Shown here: positions 41,141-53,955 of the stretch, piece by piece | Layout of the letters: every line of letters starts with the position of its first letter | How positions within the stretch are numbered: the stretch's first letter is position 1 | Assembly: GCF_009914755.1 (NCBI RefSeq) | Contig: NC_060931.1 | Source: the human T2T-CHM13v2.0 reference genome, Homo sapiens | DNA length: 64,000 nucleotides | Reading direction: 5' to 3' (one strand) | Made by a program: the position numbers and the translations under genes | Notes under the pieces: model-generated | Databases searched by the model: none | Told to the model about the DNA's origin: nothing | The model's input: the letters and a program-made list of their open reading frames with translations, nothing else

Positions 41141-42804
41141 TACATTTGTGAGACATATATATACATATATATGTTGGTAGAGGTATAGGTCATTTATTTT
41201 CATAGCTGTCAAATAATATTCTAGTTTATAAAGATATCATATTTTTCCTCTATTTTACTGTAAAATGGATATTTGGGCTGTTTCCAGTTTTAGAAATTTT
41301 TTTCTGTATACTGATTTTTTTACTCCATGTATTAGTCAACAAAGATGTGTTAAAATTGTGCATAAAGTTTATAATTATAAATGTATCAATTTTCCCATGA
41401 TTAAAAAAAAAGAAGACACAAAATACAATCACTATCAGGAAGCCAAAAAGAAATAAAAGAGAAAATACATGGGAGAAAATATTTGCCATTTTGAGAACGT
41501 CTGTTCAGCTCCTTTGCCCATTTTTAAATCATGTTATTTGTTTTCTTGTCATTGAGTTCTTTGAGTTTCTTATAAATTTCGGATTTTAGCCCCTTATCAG
41601 ATGTACAGTTTGCAAATATTTTCTCCAAGTCATGGCCTCTCGGCACCCTGTTACTTTTTTCTTTTGCAGTGGAGAAGCTTTTTACTTTGATGCAATCCCA
41701 TCTGCCTAATTTTGCTTTTGTTGCCTGTGTTTTTGAAGTTCTTACCAAAAAAATTATTTCATAGACCAATATTATGGAGCTGTTCCTCTGTTTTCTTCTA
41801 GTAGCTTTACAGGTTTAGTCATTTAAGTCTTCTATCCATTTTGAGATGACTTTTGTATATGGTGTGAGATAAACATCCAAATTGATTCTTCAGCATGTAG
41901 ATATCATTATTCCAGTACAATTTATTGAAGTGCCTATTCTTTCCCCATTCTGTGTTCTTGCCACCTTTGTCAAAAATAAACTGACTGTAAATTTTGGGGT
42001 TTATTTCTGGGCTGTCTATATTGCTGTGTTGGTCTATATGTCTCTTTTTATTTTGGTATCATGCTGTTTTGCTTACAATAGTTCAATAGATCAAAATATT
42101 ATATCAAAATAAAATCAGATAATGTGATGCCTCCAGCTTTGTCCTTTTGCTCAAGATTGTTTTGGCTAGTTCAGGTCTTTTCTGGTTTCATATACATTTT
42201 AGGATTTTTCTATTTCTGTGTAAAATGACATGAGAATTTTGATAGGAATTGCATTGAATCTCTAGATTGCTTGGGGAAGTATGGACATTTTCACAATATT
42301 AACTCTTCCACCCATAAACATGGGTTACCTTCCCATTTATCTAAGCCTTCAATTTATTTTATCAATGTTTTATGGTTTTCAGTTTATAGATCTTTTACCT
42401 ACTTTTTCTAAATTTTCTCTAAGTATTTGTTAATGCTATTGTAAATTTGGTTGTTTTCTTAATTTCCTTTTCAGATAGTTTATTGTTAGTGTCCAGAAAC
42501 ACTACTGATTTTTGTATATTGATTTTGTAACGTGCAACTTTATTGAGTTTGTTTACCAGGTGTAATATATTTTTTGGTGAAGTCGTTAGGGTTTTCTGTA
42601 TATAAGACCATGTCATCAGCAAACAGAGACAATTTCACTTTTTCCTTTCCTATGTAGATACCTTGTATCTTTCACTTGCCTAATTGGTTTGACTAGAACT
42701 TCTAGTGCTATGCTGAATAGAAGTAGCCAGGCTGGGCATCTTTGTCTGAATCCTGGTCTTAGAGGAAAATCTTTCAAATTTTCACCATTGAGAATCATGT
42801 TAGC

Positions 42805-42976
42805 ATGGGAACACATAGACATGTGGAAAGGGTGGAGAGTGGGAGTGGGGAGAGGATCAGGAAAAATAGCTAGTGCTGGGCTTAATACCTGGGTGATGGG
42901 ATGATCTGTGCGGCAAACCACCATAGCACACATTTACCTATGTAACAAAGCTGCACATTCTGCACATATACCCCAT
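42805..42976 (+). mobile_element. Tailless L1PA13-16-like 3'UTR fragment inserted antisense into L1M
   Basis: gggcttaatacctgggtgatgggatgatctgtgcggcaaaccaccat; 8-bp flanking duplication atgttagc. Confidence 0.85.
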
Positions 42977-43602
42977 ATGTTAGCTGTGGACTTGTCATAT
43001 ATGGCCTTTGTTGTTTTGGGGTAGGTTCCTTTTACACCTAGTTTGTTGAGAGTTTTCACTATAAAAAAATGTCTAATTTTGTCCAGTGTTTTTTCTGCAT
43101 CCATTGAAATGGTTGTGTGATTTTTGTCCTTCATTTTGTTTCTGTGGTAGATAACAATGACTGATTTACGTATGTTGAACCATCCTTGCACCTGAGGATG
43201 AATCCTGTTTGGTCACAGTGAATGATCTTTTTATTGTGCAGTTGAATTTTGTTTGCTAGTATTTTGTTGAGGACTTCTGCATTTATGTACATCAGGAATA
43301 TTGGCCTGTCATTTTCTTTTTTTGTTATAGTTTCCTTGTCAGGGTAATTCTAGCTTTATAAAATGAGTTTGAAATTAGTCCCCCCTTTTTCAATCTTTTG
43401 GAAGAGGTTAGGAAGGAGATTGGTATTTGTTCTTCTTTAAATGCTTGGTAGAATTCATGAGAGATTATTTATTAGTAAATCTTCTTACTCATTTTTGATC
43501 TGTTCAGACATTCTATTTCTTCTGATTTAGCATTGAAATGTTGCATGTTTCTAGCAATTAATTAATTTATTTATTTTAAGCTATCCAATTTGTTGGTGTT
43601 TA

Positions 43603-44014
43603 CAGGTGGTCCCTGACTAACTATGATTTGATTTACAATTTTTCAACTTTAGAATGGTGCAAAAGTGATACTCATTCAGTAGAAATTGTACTTCAAATTT
43701 TAAATCTTTTCCTGGACTAGTAACAACTGGTATGATACTCTCTCACAATGCTGGACAGTGTCAGAAAGCTGAAGTTCCCAGTCAGCCACACCATTCTGAT
43801 GGTAAACCATAGATACTTTATAGTGTACTGTGTTACCAGATAATTTTGCCCAATTGTAAGCTAATGTAAGTGTTCTGAGCATGTTTACAGTAGGCTGGGC
43901 TGAGCTAGGATATTTGAAAGGTTAGGTGTGTTAAATGCATTTTCAACTTATGATAATTCTAACTTATAATGAATTTATTGAGACATGACTCTCTTATAAG
44001 TCAAGGAGCATCTG
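43603..44014 (-). mobile_element. MER47B-like (Tigger5) MITE
   Basis: TA-caggtggtccctgact...aagtcaaggagcatctg-TA. Confidence 0.85.
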
Positions 44015-44360
44015 TAGTTGTTCATAGTGGTCTCATGACCCTTTGTATTTCTGTGGCATCAGTTGTAATGTCTCCTCTTACATTTCTAATTTTGAGTCTT
44101 CTCTCCTTTTTTCTTTGTTAGTCTAGCTAAAGTTTTGTTGATTTATCTTTTCAAAAAATCAAATTTTAGTTTTGTTGTTTTTTTCTGTTGTTTTCCTAGT
44201 CTCTATTTTGTTTACTTTTCCTCTGATCTTTAGTTCCTTTCTTCTGCTAATTCTGACTTTACTTTTTCTTTCTTAGTTCCTTGAGGTATAACGTTCGGGT
44301 GTTTATTTAAAATCTTTAATCTTTTCTGGTATAGATATTTATTGCTATAAACTTCTCTTA

Positions 44361-44721
<361 letters not shown>

Positions 44722-46214
44722 TCAGTATATGTTTTAATTTCCTTTTTATTTTTTTTAAACCCATTGGATGTTTAGGAGCATGTTGTTTAATTTTCATGTA
44801 TTTATGAGTTTTTCATGATTTTTCTATTACTGATTTCTAGTTTCATGTTATTGTGGTCAGAAAAGATATTCAATATGGTTTCAGTAATCCTCAATTTGGT
44901 AAGACTTGTTTTGTGGCCTAACAGTCTATTTTGGAGAATGTGCTGTGTGTACTCAAGAAAAACATGTACTCTGTTGCTGTTTGATAAAGTGTTCTGTAAA
45001 TCTCTGTTAGGTCCATTTGGTGTAAAATGTAGTTCAAATCCAATGTTTTTTAATTGATCCTTTTTCTGGATGATCTGTTCATTTTTGAGAGTGGGCTAGT
45101 AAAGTATCCTCCTAGTATTATGTTGCAGTCTATCCTTATATTTAGCTCTATCAATTTTTGCTTAATGTATTTTGGTGCTCCAATGTTGAGTGCATATATA
45201 TTTACATTGTTATAACTTTTTGATAAATTGACCCCTCTATCATTATAAAATAACATTCTTTGCCTCTTTTTACAATTTTTAAAGTCTATTTTGTCTAAGT
45301 ATAGATACTTTTGCTTCTTTTGTTTTCCATTTGTATAGAATATCTGTCCATTCTTTCGATTTCAGTTTGTGTCCTTAGAGGTGAACTGAGCTCCTTGTAG
45401 GCAGCATATAGTTGGGTCTTTCTATTTTTATCAGTTCAGCCACTTGATGTCTTTTGATTACAAAATTTAATCAATTTACATTCAGATGAATTATTTAGGT
45501 AAAGACTTATTGTTTCCATTGTGTTAACTGTTTTCTAATTAATTTGTAGATTATTTGTTCTTCTCTTCTTCTTTTGCTGTCTTTCTTTCTGGTTTGATGA
45601 TTTTCCATAGTGGTGTGCCTTGAATCCTCTCTTTTTATCTTCTATGTACCTACTAAGAGTTTTTACTTTGTGCTTACATGAAACACATAAAATATATTAC
45701 ACTATTAACAGACTATTTTAAGCTGATAACAACTTTACTTTTATTTGCACAAACTCTACACCTTTACTTCCCCCAACATACAATTTGTTTTTGTATCTTT
45801 TAAAGTCTGTGTTTCTTAACAAATTATTTGTTTGATTATATGGTTACTTTTACCAGTGAGTTTTATATTTTCGTATTGCTACTAAGTGGCATTTTCCTTC
45901 AGTTTCCAGAACTCTTTTTAGCATTTTTTGTAAGGCAGGTCTAGCAGTGATAAATTTCCTCAGCTTTTGTTTGTCTGAGGAAGTGTTTATTCTTCACTTT
46001 TGAAGAGCAAGATTGCTGAGTGTAGTGTTCTTGGTTAACAGGTTTCTTTTTCTTTCAGCTTTTGAAACATATCATTGAATTCCTTCTGGCCTACTAGGTT
46101 TCTGTTGAAAAATGTTGATAGTCTCTTGGAGAGTTCTCCATGTACATAACAATACACTTTTCCCTTGCAGGTTTCAATATTCTCTATTTTTCCTTAATTT
46201 TTGAAAATTTGATT

Positions 46215-46541
46215 TCTGGTGAGATCCATCCACTTGATCAAAACATGGTGGAGAAAGCTAAAGGAGAAGCAGACATGTGCAAAGCGGCAAAACCTAATGG
46301 GCATCCTGCTTTGTAACAACTCACTTTTGCAGTAACAAATCCATTTCTGCGGAAGCTCATCTAGTCTTATGAGAGCAAGAACTGACTCACTGCCAGGGAA
46401 AATGAAACTAAAGCTTTTATAAGGGATCAGCCCACAAGACTCAAAGACCTCCCACTAGGTACCACCTCCTAATGCTCTCACATTGAGGATCAAATTTCAA
46501 CATGAGTTTTAGTGAGAACAAAGTATATCCAAATCACAGCA
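46215..46541 (-). mobile_element. MST-family (MSTB2/MSTC-like) LTR fragment
   Basis: acctcccactagg...gatcaaatttcaacatgagtttt...atccaaatcacagca. Confidence 0.7.
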
Positions 46542-47190
46542 TGCTATAAATATTTTTAAATATTTTATCTCATTGGAGTTTTTAGGGAAAAACCAGAAGG
46601 AAATAAACATTACCAAAATGTACTTTACTCATACTATTTCGTTTGTTTCATATTTACTTTCAAATTTCAGTAGTTAAAAACTTTTTACTGGCAAAAGTAC
46701 CACATAACAAAAAGCAAAGTTATTACACTGCACTAGTTGTTATTTACGTTTAGTAAGAGATAGCTCAGGTGAATAAGGTTCTGCTAAAATAGTGAGGAGA
46801 CTTTAAGGTAATTCAAAACTATTCATGTTATTGGTTGTGCTCTCTAAGCACAGCAAATAAATCTCATTCTAAACTTAGAAAAGCAATATTACAATTCCCT
46901 TTATCTTTTTGCCTTTTCCCTATCAAATTTCAGCATTACAGTTCTCATAAATACTTCTGAAGTCTTTCTTTTATTTACTGTGTTTAACACAGGAAAAGAG
47001 AATTTAAAATCACTAATAAGCTTTTCTGTGTGTTCCTAAGTAATTTTTAATCTCGTTGGTATTTTCTTTCATTTGATGATTTAAACTAACCTATTGATAA
47101 AGGCTACCATTTGTAGTATGTGTTTATGTGTATAAGAATATTATGAACCTTTAAAATTTTTCTATTTCTAATCATCAAACATATAATAAC

Positions 47191-47489
47191 TCTTTTTTTT
47201 CTTTTTTGAGACGGAGTCTTGCTCTGTCACCCAGGCTGGAGTGCACTGGAGTGACCTATGCTTACTGTAACCTCTACCTTCTGGGTTCAAGCAATTCTCC
47301 CTGCCTCAGCCTCCTGAGTAGCTGAGATTTCAAGCACCCGCCACCATCCTCAGCTAAGTTTTGTATTTTTAGTAGAGATGGGGTTTCGCCATGTTGGCCA
47401 GGCTGGTCTCAAACTCTTGGCCTTAGGTGATTTGCCACCTTGGCCTCCCGAAGTGCTGGAATAACAGGTGTGAGCCACCATGCCTGGCC
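47191..47489 (-). mobile_element. AluS (Sx-like)
   Basis: Full dimer; flanks ataataac/ataataag. Confidence 0.93.
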
Positions 47490-48184
47490 ATAATAAGTTT
47501 TGCCCAGGGTTTAACTTCAATATAAAACCCGTTTCCTTACCAAATTGTTTTCAGAAATAGATTCAAGATAATAATACACCTTCATGAGCAATGTTTAATT
47601 TAAGACTAAGACTGATTTGGGGGGCAGCATTGAATTGTTGATAAGGGAAAGTGGTGATGGAATTGGAAGAGCAGCATGGGAGATTTGTTGGGAAGGGCCT
47701 TTTTTTGGCTTACCCAGAATATGCCAGAATGACAGTTTCTACGACCATTGAAAAGAGAATATTGAAACCAACCAAGAAACTCTGAAGATCTCAATGCTTA
47801 TATTACAATGTCAGCCCTGACACTCACTGACATATTGTTAGCATTCAGGATATCTAGCAAAGATGTGCTAACTTTTCATCCCAGTCTATTCTAAGGATCC
47901 GTAAGTAGCTAGTAAATATAATGCTTTAAGAGCATTTTTCCCAAGGAATATCCCACAGTATCTTCATAAATATTCACTTGGTATTCCTTCAAAATTAGTT
48001 TCTCAGCAAGATTTCTGCTTCCTTTTTAGCAAATATATTTTTTATGAATGTTTTTAAGAGGAGAGTTATAGTGTCACTAATTCAGAAGTTGCCTATTATA
48101 AAGGAAGGAGAGAGAAAAAGTCAGCCTCAGAAAACTTTTGTCTTTTGCTTACAGTAAGTGATATTCATACTCCTCCAATTTTGA

Positions 48185-48569
<385 letters not shown>

Positions 48570-51063
48570 GCATCTTTGGTTTTTAAAAATCATTTTTTCT
48601 GCGTTTATATCCAAGAGTAACGTTCCTTCTTCTTCTACGTATCTCATTACTGAATGAGGTCTAGCTTAGGAGTATAGAAAACCCAGAGGAAAAACTGGCA
48701 ATTAAAAATCCCAACAAGAGAATGCTGGATAACAACACTTTTTTCTCTATAAACCACTTTATTTTAAATTTGTGAATAGTACTGACCTACACTAAGCTTC
48801 GTAGAGTTTTTTAAATACTTGTCTTTTTAAAAATAGAAAGTCACCAATGCTTCAATTAATTGTAAAATTCCGAGGTGCTTCAAATTTTCTAGTGAAAGTT
48901 AAAAGTGTAAACATATTTTCAAAATTTACCTGTTTTTTCCCTGTAAAATAAGTGATGCCTTGGCAGAGAATATGCATTCTTGCCCAAAGTGCCTACAGTT
49001 TGCCTGACTCACTCTGCCTGGGATAGTTCCATCCTGAAGTTCAGTGAGCTCTGAATTTTCACTCTGCAAAGTAAATGAAAAATTTTGGTGTAACAGGCAG
49101 AGATTTTGCCACCAACCATCTGTTTGTATTAATTGGATTTGTGAAATGAAATTCCTGCATGGTTTAATGAGAATAATATGCTAAAAACCTCGTTGAACTC
49201 CATCTCATGCAGACAGACTTCACCAGACAAAGGATGTAAAACCCCTGCTATTCCTCAGCACTCTGGGCCTTGTAATTAGTGACATGCATGGCAACAACAC
49301 ACCCAGCATGCCTGTGCTTTTCACTTTGGGTTGTATAGTTGCAAATGAAAAATAGGACCCATATTTTGTCAATAAAATTTATATTTGGGGAAATATAAAT
49401 TATTATAACTTATAAATATTAACCATTCCAGGGCATAAGACTCTGCAAAATGACCTAATTCACAAACATTTTCAGTCTTTAATAAATTTATGATGGATAA
49501 TTTTAAGTAGTTTACCATATTAGAAATTTATAATGTCAGGCAATACATTTTTAATAGTAAAAATGTGTTATTTCTGAGATAATGGGACATATTGTTCCTT
49601 AGCATAAAGGCCTAGATCCAGTAGTTATCATCACAAAAATAATAATCACAATAATCACATGTATTATATGACTTTCATGCTACGGAGTTTTATGATCAAT
49701 ATGTAACAGATAATCTGTTTTCTATGGAATTCTCTAATTATAGATTTTAAGAATATTTTAGTAAAATTTAAAGCATCCATTTCTGCAATATTAGTAAAAT
49801 TGAAGGATAAGTGAATTTGTGCCTGTCTGTTGGAAGCTTAGTGGCCATACTTAATGACTCATTGAAATTATCCATTAATGAGTCCTGAACCAACTTTCTG
49901 AAAACAATTACTTTGACGTTACTATGCTAAGTGAGGAGGATGCAAAAGTGAATAATGTCTAGTAGTCACTGCCCTAAGTCTGTTAAGAGAAACACATGTA
50001 TAGAGCAGACATTCACAATTCAATACAGTGTGCACAAAGTGATGTTGACGTAGGGAATCAGAGACTGTTTTCCTGTAGATTCTATGAGGATTATATCATA
50101 TGGAGAGAACAGTTCAACCACAAAGGAAAAAAAGGGTGTATCACGAAGATAATGAAGATATTTCATCATTGAATAACATGCATGGACCATATCAGTATGT
50201 CATATGATATTACATACTCTTTCCTGGTAATAATAATATTTCCAGGTAATTGAAGCCAGGAGAAAAATTGTGAAATTTGAAGATAAAATTATAAGATCAA
50301 TAACTTTCTTTTTTGGCACAGAGTAAAAGGCAGATATTGGCAATCTGTAAGTATTTGTTGAATAAAAGAATACACGTTACACATTTTTGTATAAAATGGA
50401 TCATTTAAGATTTGCAATGAGCCTACAAAAGACATAAAGAGACACAAAAAAGAGATAAAGAACCTACAAAAGAGATAAAGCATTATGACCTCCATTTGAG
50501 ATAATACAGTTTAAGATAACAGACTTTAAAAGAATCAACCAAGATCACCCATATAGTAAGTGACTGAGTAGGGACTCAAACATGTTTTGATTTCAAAGGC
50601 AGCCACTTTCTATCACATAATACCCCTTCTACCTACACTTTGTTTATATATTCAAATTTCAAGATGTCTGGAGAGCAAGAAAATGTGTTTAGGACAAAGA
50701 TAAGCGAGAAGTAGAAACCCTACTTTACTTTGAAATTTATCGCCAAATCCCCTATCAAAATCAGGGATAGCTTCATGAACACATGTAGTATGCAAGAATA
50801 TATGTAATGTAATTCAACATCGGAGTCACTTTCCTCTAAGCAAAGAACTCTTGAGTCAGAAAACAATGACTGTAACACTGAGAAAGTAAGTCCTTGAACA
50901 TTTTCTTAGTCTTTCTCCAATATGAAAATTCACTTATCAGATTAGTCCTGTTAACACTGTCTAAACAACCTCAGAACGCTTGGGAGAGACAGAATCACAT
51001 TCACAGGGGGTTCATTGTAGTGAGGGTCTCAGTGATAGTGGAATATATATAGATGAGCGTTGA

Positions 51064-51082
51064 GAGCGCCACCTTGTGGCCA
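51064..51082 (-). promoter_or_regulatory. Candidate CTCF binding site
   Basis: Minus strand TGGCCACAAGGTGGCGCTC closely matches the CTCF core consensus TGGCCACCAGGGGGCGCTA; its CpG is retained in CpG-poor DNA. Confidence 0.7.
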
Positions 51083-52872
51083 ACATGGAGGAAGACAATC
51101 TGGCAGGAGAGCACCATAGGTGGCCAGGAAGTCAGGAACAAGCACAGATGATGAAAGTTTGAAGGTAGGTTGGGGGACGGGGAGGAAAGGCAAAAATGGA
51201 AAAACTCATTATTTTACTTATGCCTCGTCATACTTAAAGCCTGGGCTTTAAAAGAGAAGTGTAGGCATGGGACTATTATATTTTCCAATATTTTCCCCAG
51301 ACTGTTTTAGAGTTTTAAAGAAGCCATAATCCATTGTGCTTCAGAGGAAGAATATGACATAGTGATGTAATATCTGAGATCATGCAGTTACTTGTAAAAT
51401 TTCCTGTGTCATGGCCACAGTTTCCCAAGTTAGACCAGAACGAAAGTTACCAAGAGTAAAGCAGTGGATTGCTTTGCTAGTAAGTTCTCTAGTAAAATAA
51501 ACAAGAAAAACTGTATTTTAAAAATAAGATAGTAGGACTCACAGGTAATATGGCTGAATAGGAACAGCTCCAGTCTGCAGCTCCCAGCAAGACCAATGCA
51601 GAAGGCAGGTGATTTCTGCATATCCAACTGAGGTACCCAGCTCATCTCACTGGGACTGGTTAGACAGTGGGTGCAGCCCACAGAGGGTGAGCCAAAACAG
51701 GGTGGAACGTTGCCTCACCTGGGAAGCACAAGGGGTAGGGGAACTCCCTCCCCTAGCCAGGGGAAGCCGTGAGGGACTGTGCCGTGAGGGATGGAGCTAT
51801 CCGGCCCAGATACTACACTTTTCCCATGGTCTTCATAACCCACAGACCAGGAGATTCCCTTGGGTGCTGACACCACCAGGGCCCTGGGTTTCAAGCACAA
51901 AACTGGGCAGCCATTTGGGCAGACACCGAGCTAGCTGCAGGAATTTCTTTTGTACCCCAGTGGAACCCGGAACGCCAGAAAGACAGAACCCTCCACTCCC
52001 CTGGAAAGGGGGCTGAAGCCAGGGAGCCAAGTGGTCTTCCTCAGTGGATCCCACCCCCACAGAGCCCAACAAGCTAAGACCCACTGGCTTGAAATTCTCG
52101 CTGCTAGCACAGCAGTCTGAAGTCCAGCTGGGACACTCAAGCCTGGGGGGAGGGGCGTCCACCATTACTGAGGCTTGAGTAGGCGGTTTTCCCCTCACAG
52201 TGTAAACAAAGCCTCTGGGAAGTTCAGACTGGGCAGAGCCAACCACAGCACCGCAAACCCACTGTAGCCAGACAGCCTCTCTAGATTCCTCCTCTCTGGG
52301 CAGGGCATCTCTGAAAAAAAGGCAGCAGCCCCAGTCAGGAGCTTATAGATAAAACTGCCATCTGCCTGGGACAGAGGACCTGGGGGAAGGGGTGGCTGTG
52401 GGCACAGCTTCAGCTGACTTAAACATTCCTGCCTGCCAGCTCTGAAGAGAGCAGAGGATCTCTCAGCACAGCACTCAAGCTCTGCTAAGGGACAGACTGC
52501 CTCCTCAAGTGTGTCCCTGACCCCTGTGCTTCCTGACGGGGAGACATCTCCCAGCAGGGGTCAACAGACACCTCCTATAGGAGAACTCCAGCTGGCATCT
52601 GGAGAGTGCCTCTCTGGGACAAAGCTTCCAGAGGAAGGAGCAGGCAGCAATCTTTGCTGTTCTGCAGCCTCCGCTGGTGATACCCAGGCAAACACGGTCT
52701 GGATTGGACCTCCAGGAAACTCCAGCAGACCTGCAGAAGAGATGCCTGACTGTTAGAAGGAAAACTAACAAACAGAAACAATAGCATCAACATTGACAGA
52801 AAGGACAACCACTCAAAAACCCCATCTGAAGGTCACCAACATCAAAGACCAAAGGCAGACAAATCCACAAAG

Positions 52873-53892
52873 ATGAGGAAAAAACAGTGCAAAAAGGCTA
52901 AAAATTCCAACGACCAGGATGCCTCTTCTCCTCCAAAGGATCACACCTCCTCACCAGCAAGGGAACAAAACTGGACAGAGAAGGAGTTTGACAAATTGAC
53001 AGAAGTAGGCTTCAGAACGTGGGTAATAACAAACTCATCTGAGCTAAAGGAGCATGTTCTAACCTAATGCAAGCAAGCTAAGAAACTTGCTAAAAGGTTA
53101 CAGGAAGTGCTAAACAGAATAACCAGTTTAGAGAAGAACATAAATAACCTGATGGAGCTGAAAAACACAGCATGAGAACCTAGTGAATCATGCATAATTA
53201 TCAGTAGCCGAATCAATCAAGCATAAGAAAGGATATCAGATTGAAGACCAACTTAATGAAATAAGGCTTGAAGACAAGATTAGAGATAAAAGAATGAAAA
53301 GGAACAAAGCCTACAAGGAATATAGGACTATGTGAAAATACCAAACCTACGTTTCACTGCTGTACCTGAAGGTGACAGGGAGAATGGGATGAAGTTGGAA
53401 AACACACTTCAGGATATTATCCAGGAGAACTTCTCCAACCTAGCAAGACAGGCCAACATTCAAATTCAGGAAATACAGAGAACACCACAAAGATATTCCT
53501 TGAGAAGAGCAACCCCAAGACACATAACCGACAGATTCACCGAGGTCGAAATGAAGGAAAATATGTTAAGGGCAGCCAGAGAGAAAGGTCAGGTTACCCA
53601 CAAAGGGAAGCCCATCAGAGTAACAGCAGATCTCTCTGCAGAAACTCTACAAGCCAAAAGAGAGTGGAGGCCAAAATTCAATATTCTTAAAGAAAAGAAT
53701 TTTCAACCCAGAATTTCATATCCAGCCAAACTAAGCTTCATATGTGAAGGAGAAATAAAATCCTTTACATAAAAGCAAATGCTGAGGGATTTTGTCACCA
53801 CCAGGCCTGCCTTACAAGAGCTCCTGAAGGAAGCACTAAATATGGAAAAGAAAAACTAGTAGCAGCCACTGCAAAAACATAACAAAATGCAA
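52873..53892 (+). pseudogene. L1 ORF1p remnant (stops and frameshifts)
   Basis: MRKKQCKKA...; LENTLQDIIQENF...RISYPAKLSF; in-frame stop at 53067. Confidence 0.9.
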
Positions 53893-53955
53893 AGACCATC
53901 GACACTATGAAGAAACTGCATCAACTAGTGGGCAAAATAACCAGCTAGGATCATA

